From the NCBI GenBank assembly GCA_964609925.1, contig CAZSUJ010000005.1:9718-73717 (forward strand): 64,000 bases of DNA. Reading direction: 5' to 3'. The notes beneath the pieces are model-generated. The model did no database searches, had not been told where the DNA came from, and saw nothing but the letters and a program-made list of their open reading frames with translations. Below are positions 13,426-22,917 of the stretch, piece by piece. Position numbers and translations under genes: made by a program. Position 1 is the stretch's first letter. Each line of letters begins with the position of its first letter. The stretch comes from an uncultured Chthoniobacter sp. (GTDB taxonomy: Bacteria > Verrucomicrobiota > Verrucomicrobiia > Chthoniobacterales > JACTMZ01).

Positions 13426-14466
13426 TCACGGCGCGTCCATCGCACAGCGGAACCCGACGTGGCTGCTGCCGGTGTCGGGGTCGGTGCCGCGCCGGGCCGG
13501 CGGGCGATAGCTCTCGCAGTAATCCGGGTGGCACAGGAACGAACCGCCCTTGGTGACGCGGCGCACCGCACCCGGAACGAGCGGCGGGGAAGGATCCCCG
13601 GCGACCATCGCCTCGCCCTTGGTGTCCGCCGGTCCGGACGGGTCGCAGCAGACGCCGCCCCCGGCCGCGCGTCCGGCGAATGCGTCGGCACGATAGATGT
13701 CGCTGCACCAATTCCAGACATTGCCGCCCATGTCGTGCAGCCCGTAGCCGTTGGCGGGAAACGCACCGACCGGCGATGTGCCGGCAAATCCGTCCAGCGC
13801 ATCGTTGCGGTAGGGAAAGTCGCCGGTCCAACGGTTCGCCATGAATTTGCCGTCCGGTCTCTCCTCGTCTCCCCACGCGTAGCGCGTCGGACCGCCCCCG
13901 CCCCGCGCGGCGAACTCCCATTCGGCCTCGGTCGGCAGACGCTTGCCCGCCCACTTCGCGTAGGCGACGGCATCATCCCACGCCACTTGCACGACCGGAT
14001 GATCGCCCCGCCCTGCGATCGAACTTCCCGGCCCCTCGGGATGCCGCCACGAAGCGCCGTGCGTCCAGCGCCACCAGGCCGAGAGGTCGCGCAGATCAAC
14101 GGGACCGTCGGTCGGCGCGAAGACAAGCGACCCCGGCTGCAGCACCTCTTCCGGCGGCTTCGGCGTTCCCGGCGGGACTTGATTCTTCATCACCTCCCAG
14201 TCCACCGGCCGCTCGGCCACCGTCAGGTAGCCGGTCGCGTCGACGAAACGGGCGAACTCGTCGTTGGTCACCGGATGGGTGTCGAGAAGGAACGGGCTCA
14301 CGCTGACCCGGTGGGCCGGCCGCTCGTTCGGGAAGGCATAGTCCGCATCCGACCCCATGGTGAACTCGCCCCCGGGGATGAGCACCATTCCGGGCGGAAC
14401 GGTCGCAGCAGGCTTGCAGGCGGCGAGGGCGAGGAGGCAGGCGAGAGCCGCGAGGCGGAGGTGCAT
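13426..14466 (-). CDS. formylglycine-generating enzyme (FGE/SUMF1) family protein
   Basis: MHLRLAALACLLALAAC lipobox-like leader. FGE pattern: MVLIPGGEFTMGS, RPAHRVSVSPFLLDTHPVTNDEF, LPTEAEWEFAARGG, GNVWNWCSD, RVTKGGSFLC. Start ATG at 14464-14466. Confidence 0.85.
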   Translation of the reverse strand: MHLRLAALACLLALAACKPAATVPPGMVLIPGGEFTMGSDADYAFPNERPAHRVSVSPFLLDTHPVTNDEFARFVDATGYLTVAERPVDWEVMKNQVPPGTPKPPEEVLQPGSLVFAPTDGPVDLRDLSAWWRWTHGASWRHPEGPGSSIAGRGDHPVVQVAWDDAVAYAKWAGKRLPTEAEWEFAARGGGGPTRYAWGDEERPDGKFMANRWTGDFPYRNDALDGFAGTSPVGAFPANGYGLHDMGGNVWNWCSDIYRADAFAGRAAGGGVCCDPSGPADTKGEAMVAGDPSPPLVPGAVRRVTKGGSFLCHPDYCESYRPPARRGTDPDTGSSHVGFRCAMDAP

Positions 14467-14566
14467 GACCCGCACTGTATGGCCTCTGCGTCCGCGGGTC
14501 CATGCGCGACAGGCGGCGCTTGACCGGGTTGAGTCCGGAAACGACGATCCGCGACCGAAACCCACC

Positions 14567-15448
14567 ATGAACTTCACTCCCATCCTTGCACAAACCACCG
14601 CGGCGCACGAGGCCGTGACCGACACTCTGACCCGCGGGCAGCAATTCGCCCAATCCGCCGGGCAATGGCTCAACGAGCACGGCCCGGGTTGGCTGGTGGC
14701 CGCCTTGAGTGCGGTGGCGATTTACCTGGTCGGCTCATGGATCGCGTCGCTCCTCCGCTCGGTGCTCTCGCGCACGATGGCCAAGCGCGGGATGGACGAC
14801 ACTTTTTCCGCCTACCTCGGCAGCATTTTCCACGGGCTCATCATGGTGCTGGTCATCATCACCGCGCTGGGCCAGCTCGGCATCCCGACGGCGCAGTTCG
14901 CAGCGCTCATCGCGGCCGCGGGCCTGGCCATCGGCCTCGCCCTGCAGGGCAACCTCGCAAACTTCGCCTCTGGCTTCCTCATCGTGTTTTTCCGTCCGTT
15001 CAAGAAAGGCGACTACCTCTCGGCCGGCGGCGCGGAGGGCGTGGTCGAGGAGGTTGGCATCTTCACCACCACCCTGCGCACGCTCGACCACAAGAAGATC
15101 GTGGTGCCCAACGGCGCCATCACCGGCGGCAACATCACCAACTTCAGCGCCAACCCGCAGCGCCTCGTCGTCGTGCCCTGCACGGTGGGCGGTGGCAACC
15201 CGGTGGACAAAGTCCGCGCCAGCCTGCTCTCCGCGGTCAAAGGCAACCCGCACCTCTCGGCCGAGCCCGCGCCCGAAGTCGTAGTCAGCGAATTGCTGGA
15301 GAACAAATACACCGCGCAGCTCCGCGTCTGGTGCCCCGCCGGCGAATACTGGTCCGCCCTCTTCACCTTGAACGAGGCCGCCAAGGCTGCCCTCGAGCGC
15401 GACGGCGTCGCCGGGCCGCTGCCCGCGATGCGCATCCTCAAGGACTGA
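14567..15448 (+). CDS. MscS-family mechanosensitive channel
   Basis: Three TM helices, then the conserved ALGQLGIPTAQFAALIAAAGLAIGLALQGNLANFASGFLIVFFRPFKKGDY and VVPNGAITGGNITNFS. Start ATG at 14567. Confidence 0.85.
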   Translation: MNFTPILAQTTAAHEAVTDTLTRGQQFAQSAGQWLNEHGPGWLVAALSAVAIYLVGSWIASLLRSVLSRTMAKRGMDDTFSAYLGSIFHGLIMVLVIITALGQLGIPTAQFAALIAAAGLAIGLALQGNLANFASGFLIVFFRPFKKGDYLSAGGAEGVVEEVGIFTTTLRTLDHKKIVVPNGAITGGNITNFSANPQRLVVVPCTVGGGNPVDKVRASLLSAVKGNPHLSAEPAPEVVVSELLENKYTAQLRVWCPAGEYWSALFTLNEAAKAALERDGVAGPLPAMRILKD

Positions 15449-15453
15449 CCGGC

Positions 15454-16449
15454 TCAGGACCCGAAGCCCGGCCGCCCTTCGCGGATGGCCGCGGAGAAGT
15501 CCCCGCCGCCGAATGCCGCGCGGGCCGCTTCGTTGGCGTGTGCACGGCGCTTGAGTTCTTCGAACTCCAGCCCGTCGGTCTGCAACGATCCCTGCTCGTA
15601 GAGCATCTGGTCCGCCTTGCCATTGATGAGCAGGCGCCAGTCGAAGGGCATCCGCGGCCCGGAATTCATCGAGCGGATGGCCGTGGTGCAGTTGCTCGTC
15701 ACCGCGTTATACCAGCGCGGCCGGTCACGCAGGTCGTTCATCGTCGCGACGTATTCGAGGAGCCTCCGCCGCGCTGTGTCCGGCGCCGTGGTGGTCGAAT
15801 AAAGGTAAACGTCCTCGCCCTCCCGGCGGGCCGCCCTCACGCCCAGCAGGTCGCGCTCGCTGCCGGCCAGCACGATGAGCTCGTATTGACGGAAAAACCC
15901 GGCCAGCGCCGAGTAAGTCTCGTTCTCCTCGCGCCGCGTCTCGATCGAGAAGGCAATCGGTTCCGACCCGCGGAAGCGGAAGATCACGATCGGATGCGCG
16001 ATCCACGGCGAACCCCAGTAGTTGACCGCAATGTCGATTCCCGCGAGGTCATCCAGTCGCACCGTGCGCGTCGCCCAGCGCGGCACCGCAGTTCCGTCGG
16101 CCGGATAATCGAAATCCCGGACCTCATGGATAGTAACCTTGTCCCCGTCCACCTCGGCCCACGGCAGCCGCGAGTATTCGGCCGGCCACCCGCGGTCGTG
16201 CGACGGCTCGAGGCCGGACCACCAGGCGAAAACGAGCGCGGACGCTGCCAGCGGAATTGCTGCAGCCCAAGATCGCCCGCGCAGAAGCCATGCCGCCACG
16301 ACGACAAGAGCCACGAAAAGACCCGCCGCCCACGAAGGGGCGATGGGGAAGTCGAAGTTCAATGCCGCAGCCGACCACACAACCGCGAGACACGCCGCCA
16401 GCCAGGCCGCGGCGCTGGCGGCACCCACCACGAACGACCCGGGTCTCAC
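15454..16449 (-). CDS. DUF4105 (Lnb N-terminal domain) family membrane protein
   Basis: N-terminal TM helices and a periplasmic domain with the family NCT motif (WYNAVTSNCTTAI). The GTG start overlaps the upstream stop as GTGA (16446-16449). Confidence 0.7.
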   Translation of the reverse strand: MRPGSFVVGAASAAAWLAACLAVVWSAAALNFDFPIAPSWAAGLFVALVVVAAWLLRGRSWAAAIPLAASALVFAWWSGLEPSHDRGWPAEYSRLPWAEVDGDKVTIHEVRDFDYPADGTAVPRWATRTVRLDDLAGIDIAVNYWGSPWIAHPIVIFRFRGSEPIAFSIETRREENETYSALAGFFRQYELIVLAGSERDLLGVRAARREGEDVYLYSTTTAPDTARRRLLEYVATMNDLRDRPRWYNAVTSNCTTAIRSMNSGPRMPFDWRLLINGKADQMLYEQGSLQTDGLEFEELKRRAHANEAARAAFGGGDFSAAIREGRPGFGS

Positions 16450-17681
16450 TTGACCGGGCCCAGCGCGAGGGCGCGGACGGAGACTCCCGACTTCCCGAGG
16501 CCCTCGAGGGCCTTCGCCGATACCTCGCCGTCGGTGATGAAAAGAATTCTGTCCGTGCCCGCAGCCGCGCGGATTTCACCGGCGCGCGCCTCGACTGCAG
16601 GCGTCCACAGCACAAGGTCCGTGCCAGCGGCAACCACGAGTGCACCGCTCTCGTCGATCGCGCATGGCAGTCCCCCGACTTCACGGAACTCCTTGATGAC
16701 GGCGGTGCCCCCATGGTGCTGCTGATAAAGCCGGGCGACCTGCGCGAAGTAGAGGGCATCTTCCGCCGTGACCGCCGCGGCAGCCTGCGCAAGCAGCGGA
16801 GTCGGGTCGCAGCCGATCTGCGCGAGAGACGCCGTGATGCGCGTCTTCTGCCAAGGATCGAACGCCGGATTGCCCAGGAATGCGTCGATGTCGAAGTCGT
16901 CGGCCCCGAGTTTGGCCAGCGTCAGCCGGTTCTGCCGCATCAACTCTTGCGGCGTCGATTCAACGAGGGCGCGTTGGAATGTTTCGTTGATGTTGACGAC
17001 CGAAACTGCCGTGCCGACGCCGCCGTCGAGCAGTAACCCGGCCGCACTGACAACCAAAGCGCCACCCGCCATGGCCTGCGCCGCCGCATCCAATTGCCGC
17101 CGCAACTCCGGATCGGTCGTGAATGGACTCACCCCCAACTTGAGAGCCAACTCGGCTTTCTTGCGCTCGACCCCCAGAGCCGACGCGGCAGCGGTGCTCG
17201 CGGACACATTGCCCTCCGCCACGCCCTTCACGGCATTGCCGACGCGCCCGAAGAACTTCGATGCCCCCTGCGGGAGTCTTTGGACCGTGCCAACCGGGTC
17301 GCGCACCGCATCGCCCACGCTCTTCACCTTCTGCTCGCCGGCCTTAAGCGCGGCGCGACCAAACTCCTCGCTCCGGTTCATCGCCCGCAATCCCGCCACA
17401 GCGTTGATCTCGCGCACACGCAACGCCAGCGCCTGCGTGCCACCGATATCCTCCGTCCCCTCGGGACCGGTCAGCGTGTAGCGCACACGCAGTCCGTCGG
17501 CCTCCGCCGTGGCCGCAACCTTGTGGTCCGGGCCGGAAAGCAGGGCTTTCGGAACGACGTCCGCTGCCGGGACGGGCCCGGGCGTCTCGTAGGCCAACTC
17601 GGCAGCGCCCACAGTGAACGCGAGGAGCATTACGGAGAGGAAGAGGGCTGCTGTTGTGTTCGAGGGAAGTGGCTTTTTCAT
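16446..17681 (-). CDS. secreted hypothetical protein (411 aa)
   Basis: Signal peptide MKKPLPSNTTAALFLSVMLLAFTVGAAE. I recognise no family. Coupled on both sides: ATGA at 17678-17681 and GTGA at 16446-16449. Confidence 0.6.
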   Translation of the reverse strand: MKKPLPSNTTAALFLSVMLLAFTVGAAELAYETPGPVPAADVVPKALLSGPDHKVAATAEADGLRVRYTLTGPEGTEDIGGTQALALRVREINAVAGLRAMNRSEEFGRAALKAGEQKVKSVGDAVRDPVGTVQRLPQGASKFFGRVGNAVKGVAEGNVSASTAAASALGVERKKAELALKLGVSPFTTDPELRRQLDAAAQAMAGGALVVSAAGLLLDGGVGTAVSVVNINETFQRALVESTPQELMRQNRLTLAKLGADDFDIDAFLGNPAFDPWQKTRITASLAQIGCDPTPLLAQAAAAVTAEDALYFAQVARLYQQHHGGTAVIKEFREVGGLPCAIDESGALVVAAGTDLVLWTPAVEARAGEIRAAAGTDRILFITDGEVSAKALEGLGKSGVSVRALALGPVK

Positions 17682-18661
17682 GGCGTTTTATTCGGCGGGA
17701 AAACCTGCCGCCAGTCGTTCTTCATGTCCACGACAACCCAACCACGGCGCGGCGCCTCGGCAAGGGCCTCGACGAGCTTGCCGCTGCTCCGCGGCTTCGC
17801 ATCGTAGGCGTATTCGCGTTCCGCGTCGGTGTGGTGGACGATGAGGCCGAAGGAAGGACGGGGGTTCGCGACGGTCGTGTATTCAAGCATGGCTTGGTCG
17901 CCGTCGCTGTTGCCGAACGCAGCGACGGGGCGCCGTCCGATGAACTGGTGGATGCCCACGGGCTTGCCCTCGCGGTCGTCCACGAACAGGTCGTCCATCG
18001 TCTTGACCAACACCGGGCCATCCTCGCGCAACTCGAAGACAGCGCGCGTGTGGGAACCGACCACCTGCTCGGGCGGAATGCCGTAGACACGTTCGCTGAA
18101 CACGCGCATGAAGTCGGCGCCACCGCCGGACACGATGAATGTCTTGAACCCGCTGGCCCGCAGGTATGCGAGCAGTTCGAGCATCGGCTGGTAGGCGAGT
18201 TGGTCGTAGGGCCGGTCGAAACGCGGATGCCTCGCGGTTTCGAACCAAGCCCGGACCCGATCCGCGAACTCGACCGTCGTCATGCCCGAACCCGCCAACG
18301 TGAGCACACGCAGGAGCTTGGCGTAGTGGTCGGCGGTAAGCGCTGGCAGGTCGTCGCTCAGCGCGGCCCTGACCGCCGGGTCATCCTTCCACTCCGGATT
18401 CTCCGGCAGGCGTCGACGGATCTCGTCGAGGCTGAAATCGAGTTGGAATGGCACCGGGTTTTCGGGCCAAAGGGTCCCGTCATTATCGAACACGGCAATG
18501 CGCTCGGGGGCGGGAATGAAGTCCGCCGAACCTTCCGCCGTCACCCGCGCCACGTAATCGAGGATGGCCCGCTTGGGCGCGGTGTCATTCCAAGAGGGCA
18601 GCGGATCACCCGCGACAAGGGTGGCGGCGGAGAGGAGGAGGCAGGCGAGGATCCGGACCAT
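17678..18661 (-). CDS. periplasmic HAD-superfamily hydrolase (HAD-IB-like phosphatase)
   Basis: Signal peptide, HAD motif I FDNDGTLW, motif II IVSGG, motif IV GNSDGD. Confidence 0.75.
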   Translation of the reverse strand: MVRILACLLLSAATLVAGDPLPSWNDTAPKRAILDYVARVTAEGSADFIPAPERIAVFDNDGTLWPENPVPFQLDFSLDEIRRRLPENPEWKDDPAVRAALSDDLPALTADHYAKLLRVLTLAGSGMTTVEFADRVRAWFETARHPRFDRPYDQLAYQPMLELLAYLRASGFKTFIVSGGGADFMRVFSERVYGIPPEQVVGSHTRAVFELREDGPVLVKTMDDLFVDDREGKPVGIHQFIGRRPVAAFGNSDGDQAMLEYTTVANPRPSFGLIVHHTDAEREYAYDAKPRSSGKLVEALAEAPRRGWVVVDMKNDWRQVFPPNKTP

Positions 18662-18674
18662 GGCCGGGAAGCTA

Positions 18675-19463
18675 TCAGAATTTGGCCTCGAATCCGATGA
18701 CCGGACCGTGGGTCACGACATTGTATGCGAACCCTGCCTGATCGTAGTTGTAGCCCAAGGCGCGGTAGCCGGCGAGCAGGGCGCCCCAGCGGGTCAATTG
18801 CGCACCCAGCCCGGCGAACGCCTGCCACGTGAATTCCGAGCTCGCGCCGAAGCCGCCGACGTCGCCCCGCACCGGCAGGAACAGCCAACGCGTGAGCTGC
18901 GTGCGCGTGCGCAGGCCGATGACGGGATCAATCCACGTGCGGCTGAGGGAGCGCGAACGTCCGCGCAGCAAGCCGGGAGTCAGCTCGATCTCCTCGGAGA
19001 GGCTGATCAGCCGGAAACCGGCCTGCAGGTCCATGCTGAACGGACCGGCCTCGAACAACCGCCGCCCGAGATAGCTCGTCCAGATGACTTGACCGAGGGT
19101 GGACTTGACCTGGCCGAAGAGCGGCAGGGGCGTGTCGGCCGAGGCCTCGAGGCGGGCGAGGATCACGTCGTTCTCGATGCTCCAGTCGCCGTAACCCGCC
19201 TCGGCCACGAACATGAGTGCGCCCTGCAGCGTCGAGAGCGTGTCGCCCATGCTGACATCAACGTCCGCCCCGATGCGGCCGAGGCCGACGTTGCCTTGGG
19301 TCGAGGTCACCCACACGTAGGGCGCAACCCGGAACCACCACGGTGACGCGGCGGGCGCGGGGTCCGTGACTTCCGCCGGCGCCTGCTCGCCGGCATGGAG
19401 AGCCGGCGCGAGGACCAGCGCCGCGGCAGCAAGAGCGTGGAATGGAAAGCGCCCCAGCCTCAC
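18675..19463 (-). CDS. outer-membrane beta-barrel protein (262 aa)
   Basis: The GTG start at 19461-19463 overlaps the sulfatase stop as GTGA. Signal peptide (M)RLGRFPFHALAAAALVLAPALHA. Alternating beta pattern and a terminal ...GFEAKF (C-terminal Phe). Confidence 0.6.
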   Translation of the reverse strand: MRLGRFPFHALAAAALVLAPALHAGEQAPAEVTDPAPAASPWWFRVAPYVWVTSTQGNVGLGRIGADVDVSMGDTLSTLQGALMFVAEAGYGDWSIENDVILARLEASADTPLPLFGQVKSTLGQVIWTSYLGRRLFEAGPFSMDLQAGFRLISLSEEIELTPGLLRGRSRSLSRTWIDPVIGLRTRTQLTRWLFLPVRGDVGGFGASSEFTWQAFAGLGAQLTRWGALLAGYRALGYNYDQAGFAYNVVTHGPVIGFEAKF

Positions 19464-20989
19464 GGTGCGCCGGGCGGGACGTTGAGCGACTCGGTGATCT
19501 TCGAGAGGTTGAACGAGCCGGGGCTCTGGCTCGGCGGGAAGTCCTTCAACGTCTGGGCCAACTCGGCCGCCTTGGCCTGGAACGGCACGAAGATGAAGGC
19601 GTGGTCGATGAGCCAAGCGTTGTAGACATTCGCGCTTTCGTCGGCCCGCTCGAACGGGTCGCCCCGCAGGTCGAAGAGCTTGGGCACACGGAGTTCCACG
19701 TAGGGTTCCTGCCACACGCCGAAGCCTTTGCCGCGGTTCTCGAGGAAGACGGCCTTCCAGCGGTCGTAGCGCGCGGCCACGATCATACCGTCATCGTTGA
19801 CATACCAGAACGAGTCGCGCGGCGAGGTGTCGGATTTGCCGCCGAGGTAGTCGAGGAGGTTGTAACCGTCGATGTGGTTCTTGTAGGTGCGGTCCCCGAT
19901 CTTCAGGCCCTTGAGGAGCTGCTCTTTGACTTCGGGATTGCCCGCGGCGGCGGCGAACGTCGGCAGCCAGTCCTGGTGCGAAACGATGCCGTTGCGCACG
20001 GCCCCGGCGGGGAACTTGCCCGGCCAGCGCACGAAGCACGGGACGCGGTAGGCGCCCTCCCAGTTGGAGTTCTTCTCGCTGCGGAACGGCGTCACCCCGG
20101 CGTCCGGCCACGAGTTGAAATGCACGCCGTTGTCCGTGGAATACATGATGATGGTGTCCTCGGTGATCCCGAGTTCATCCACCAGGGCGAGGAGTTCCCC
20201 GACCTGACCGTCGTGCTCGACCATTCCATCCGCATATTCGCCCAGTCCGGTCACACCGCGGTTGGCCTCCTTGACGTGGGTCTTGAAGTGCATGCGCGTG
20301 GCGTTCCACCAGCAGAAGAACGGCTTGCCGTCCTTGACCTGCCGCTTGATGAAGTCCTCGGCCGCCTCGAGCGTCTCGGCGTCGATCGTCTCCATGCGCT
20401 TGATCGTGAGCGGGCCGGTGTCCTCGATCTTGCCGCCGGCGGTGGCGCGGATGACGCCGCGCGGACCGAACTTCTTCCGGAACTCCGCGCTCTTCGGGTA
20501 GTCGGGATGCTCGGGCTCCTCCTCGGCGTTGAGGTGGTAGAGGTTGCCCATGAACTCGTCGAAGCCGTGATTGGTCGGCAGGTGCTCATCCCGGTCCCCG
20601 AAGTGGTTCTTGCCGAACTGGCCCGTCGCATAGCCCTGCTTCTTGAGCACGGCGGCGATGGTGACGTCGGATTCCTGCCAACCTTCCTTCGCGCCGGGCA
20701 AGCCGACCTTGGTCATGCCGGTGCGGATCGGGTTCATGCCGCTGATGAACGCGGCGCGGCCCGCGGTGCAGCTCTGCTGGCCGTAGTAGTCGGTGAAAGC
20801 CACACCCTCCTTGGCAATGCGGTCGATGTTCGGCGTCTGGTAACCGACCAAACCGCGGGTGATGTAGCTGATGTTGCCGACACCGATGTCGTCGCCCCAG
20901 ATAACGAGGATGTTGGGTTGCTTGTCCGCGGCCACGGACGCAACCAGGGTCGCAGCCAGCACAGTGAATGGGAGAAGGATCTTTTTCAT
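19460..20989 (-). CDS. arylsulfatase (Cys-type, formylglycine-dependent)
   Basis: MKKILLPFTVLAATLVASVAA signal peptide. PNILVIWGDDIG and sulfatase signature SCTAGRAAFISG (C-x-A-x-R). Start ATG at 20987-20989. Confidence 0.9.
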   Translation of the reverse strand: MKKILLPFTVLAATLVASVAADKQPNILVIWGDDIGVGNISYITRGLVGYQTPNIDRIAKEGVAFTDYYGQQSCTAGRAAFISGMNPIRTGMTKVGLPGAKEGWQESDVTIAAVLKKQGYATGQFGKNHFGDRDEHLPTNHGFDEFMGNLYHLNAEEEPEHPDYPKSAEFRKKFGPRGVIRATAGGKIEDTGPLTIKRMETIDAETLEAAEDFIKRQVKDGKPFFCWWNATRMHFKTHVKEANRGVTGLGEYADGMVEHDGQVGELLALVDELGITEDTIIMYSTDNGVHFNSWPDAGVTPFRSEKNSNWEGAYRVPCFVRWPGKFPAGAVRNGIVSHQDWLPTFAAAAGNPEVKEQLLKGLKIGDRTYKNHIDGYNLLDYLGGKSDTSPRDSFWYVNDDGMIVAARYDRWKAVFLENRGKGFGVWQEPYVELRVPKLFDLRGDPFERADESANVYNAWLIDHAFIFVPFQAKAAELAQTLKDFPPSQSPGSFNLSKITESLNVPPGAP

Positions 20990-21074
20990 GGGTTTGGAAT
21001 GAGGTGATTGCGCCCGGCATGCGGACGGCGGGTGGCGCTTGAAAGGCCTACACCAATCCTGCAGCCAAGAAGAA

Positions 21075-21088
21075 TGCGAAATTTCGCA
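21075..21088. promoter_or_regulatory. perfect 14-bp palindrome TGCGAAATTTCGCA in the sulfatase / membrane-protein divergent intergenic region
   Basis: Read directly; 86-99 nt upstream of the sulfatase ATG (20989). Confidence 0.35.
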
Positions 21089-21117
21089 GGACTCCGGCTC
21101 CGACCAAAATGCTCGCA

Positions 21118-21137
21118 GCTCCCGGCTCGCCGGGAGC
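21118..21137. other. 8-bp perfect GC-rich stem with 4-nt loop (GCTCCCGG-CTCG-CCGGGAGC)
   Basis: Read directly. No adjacent U/T tract, so it is not a classical intrinsic terminator. Confidence 0.35.
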
Positions 21138-21229
21138 CCGGCGGAAGCACATCGGCGCCAGCAGCGATCGCCTTCCCGCAGGCGGCCACTCCCGCTTGAA
21201 AATGACGGTCGGGCTGTTACGAAGCATGC

Positions 21230-21607
21230 GTGGTCCACGCACTTAACTTCTCTGCGGGTTGGTGGCTGATCCTGGCGGCTTTTGTGACCGGCGCCTTGCT
21301 GGGCTTGGGATTTCACCGCGAAGACTTCCTCGGTGGTTATGGCTCGTTCCGCCGCAGACTGGCCCGCCTTGGACACATCGCCCTCGCGGCCCTCGGCGGG
21401 CTGAACGTGCTCTACGGGGTCTCACCTGTGCCGAACGGTGCGCTCGCAGGCCATCTGCTCCTCGCTGGCGGGATAGCCATGCCGGCGGTTTGCTTCCTCG
21501 CGGCGTGGAAGCCTTTTTTCCGGCACTTCTTCTTCATCCCGGTGCTTCTGCTTCTCGGCGGCATCGGGATGGTCGTCTACCTTAATGCCCAAGCAGCGAC
21601 GCCATGA
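21230..21607 (+). CDS. small polytopic membrane protein (about 4 TM), hypothetical
   Basis: Hydrophobic segments WWLILAAFVTGALLGLGF, HIALAALGGLNVLYGV, LLLAGGIAMPAVCFLAAW and FFFIPVLLLLGGIGMVVYL. Its stop overlaps the radical SAM start (ATGA at 21604-21607). The start codon is uncertain (GTG at 21230). Confidence 0.5.
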   Translation: MVHALNFSAGWWLILAAFVTGALLGLGFHREDFLGGYGSFRRRLARLGHIALAALGGLNVLYGVSPVPNGALAGHLLLAGGIAMPAVCFLAAWKPFFRHFFFIPVLLLLGGIGMVVYLNAQAATP

Positions 21608-22917
21608 AGATCGGCTTCCTCGCGATGAGCGGCATCCGTGTGCACGACCCTGGGTTGATGGAACTCGGACTGACTCTGCCGGGGTTCGTCGAGCGCGGTC
21701 GCGCGATCGCCTCCCTGCCAAGCTTGGGTTTGCTCTACCTCGCGGCCTGCACGCCGGACGGACACGAGCTTCGCTATTTCGAGGCCGACACGTCCGTGCC
21801 TCCGGAGCTTTTTTCATGCGACTTGGTGGCGATCAGCACTTTCACCGCCCAGGTTCGTGAGGCCTACGCAATAGCGGACCGCTTGCGCGAGCACGGCGTG
21901 AAGGTCGCCATGGGCGGCTTGCATGTTTCGGTGCTTCCTGACGAGGCGCTCCAGCACGCGGACTACGTGGTGTGCGGCGAGGGCGAGAACGTGTGGGCGG
22001 ATGTGGTGAGGGCGGCAGGATGCCGGGAACAGCCGCGCGTCTTCCCGTCTTCCGATTACGCGCCCGTGGACACGGCGAGTCTTCCGGTCCCGCGCTACGA
22101 CCTGCTGGCTGGCCGCTCCTACAACCGCTACACCGTCCAAGCGACTCGCGGCTGCCCGTGGCGGTGTGACTTCTGCGCCTCCAGCGTCATGCTGCAGAGG
22201 CCCTACCGCAAACGGCCGACCAGCCACGTTGTTCGCGACATCCGCGCCATCACCGCCGTCCAACCCGGGGCATTCGTCGAGTTTGCGGACGACAACACGT
22301 TTGTGGACAAGACGTGGGGTAAGGAGTTGTGCCGGGCGCTTCTGCCCCTGGGAGTCAAGTGGTTCACGGAGACCGATGTGACGGTGGCGGATGACCCGGA
22401 GTTGCTCGACCTGATGTGCGAGGCCGGATGCAGGCAGGTGCTCGTCGGCCTGGAAAGCCCGACTCCTGGAGCCCTCGCGGGGATCGAGCAGAAAGCGGAC
22501 ATAAAGTCCCGCTGGGCGGCGCGCTACCGCACAGCAATACGCCAGATCCAATCCCGCGGGATCACCGTGAACGCGTGCTTCATCCTCGGTCTGGACGGCC
22601 ATACCGCCGCAGTCTTCGACGACGTGCGGAGGTTCGCGGAGGAGGCGGCACCCTTCGACGTGCAGATCACGGTGCTGACGCCGTTTCCCGGAACTCCGCT
22701 GTATGAACGCCTGCTTGCCGAGGGGCGCATCCTCGAACCGGAGGCATGGCATCTTTGCACGCTTTTCGACGTGAACTTTCGGCCCGCAGGGATGACGCCT
22801 GACGAACTCCGGGATGGAATCTACGAGCTCAGTCGGCACCTTTACAGCGCCGAGGCCACCAAGCACAGGCGACGGGAGTTCTTCCGCCACCAAACACCGA
22901 TGATGCACACCTCATGA
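21604..22917 (+). CDS. B12-binding-domain radical SAM protein (class B)
   Basis: N-terminal cobalamin-binding-like Rossmann part (DLVAISTFTAQVREAYAIADRLREHGVKVAMGGLHVS, VVCGEGE). Radical SAM cluster motif TRGCPWRCDFCAS (CxxxCxxC). Confidence 0.85.
   Translation: MKIGFLAMSGIRVHDPGLMELGLTLPGFVERGRAIASLPSLGLLYLAACTPDGHELRYFEADTSVPPELFSCDLVAISTFTAQVREAYAIADRLREHGVKVAMGGLHVSVLPDEALQHADYVVCGEGENVWADVVRAAGCREQPRVFPSSDYAPVDTASLPVPRYDLLAGRSYNRYTVQATRGCPWRCDFCASSVMLQRPYRKRPTSHVVRDIRAITAVQPGAFVEFADDNTFVDKTWGKELCRALLPLGVKWFTETDVTVADDPELLDLMCEAGCRQVLVGLESPTPGALAGIEQKADIKSRWAARYRTAIRQIQSRGITVNACFILGLDGHTAAVFDDVRRFAEEAAPFDVQITVLTPFPGTPLYERLLAEGRILEPEAWHLCTLFDVNFRPAGMTPDELRDGIYELSRHLYSAEATKHRRREFFRHQTPMMHTS

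Noticed and set aside
20990-21229. Cobalamin riboswitch upstream of the B12-radical-SAM cassette.
   Set aside because: I looked for the B12-box and the conserved GGGAA/GGTG/CCCGC core on both strands. Only an isolated GCCACT and a GGGAAGGC were seen, with no coherent riboswitch architecture.
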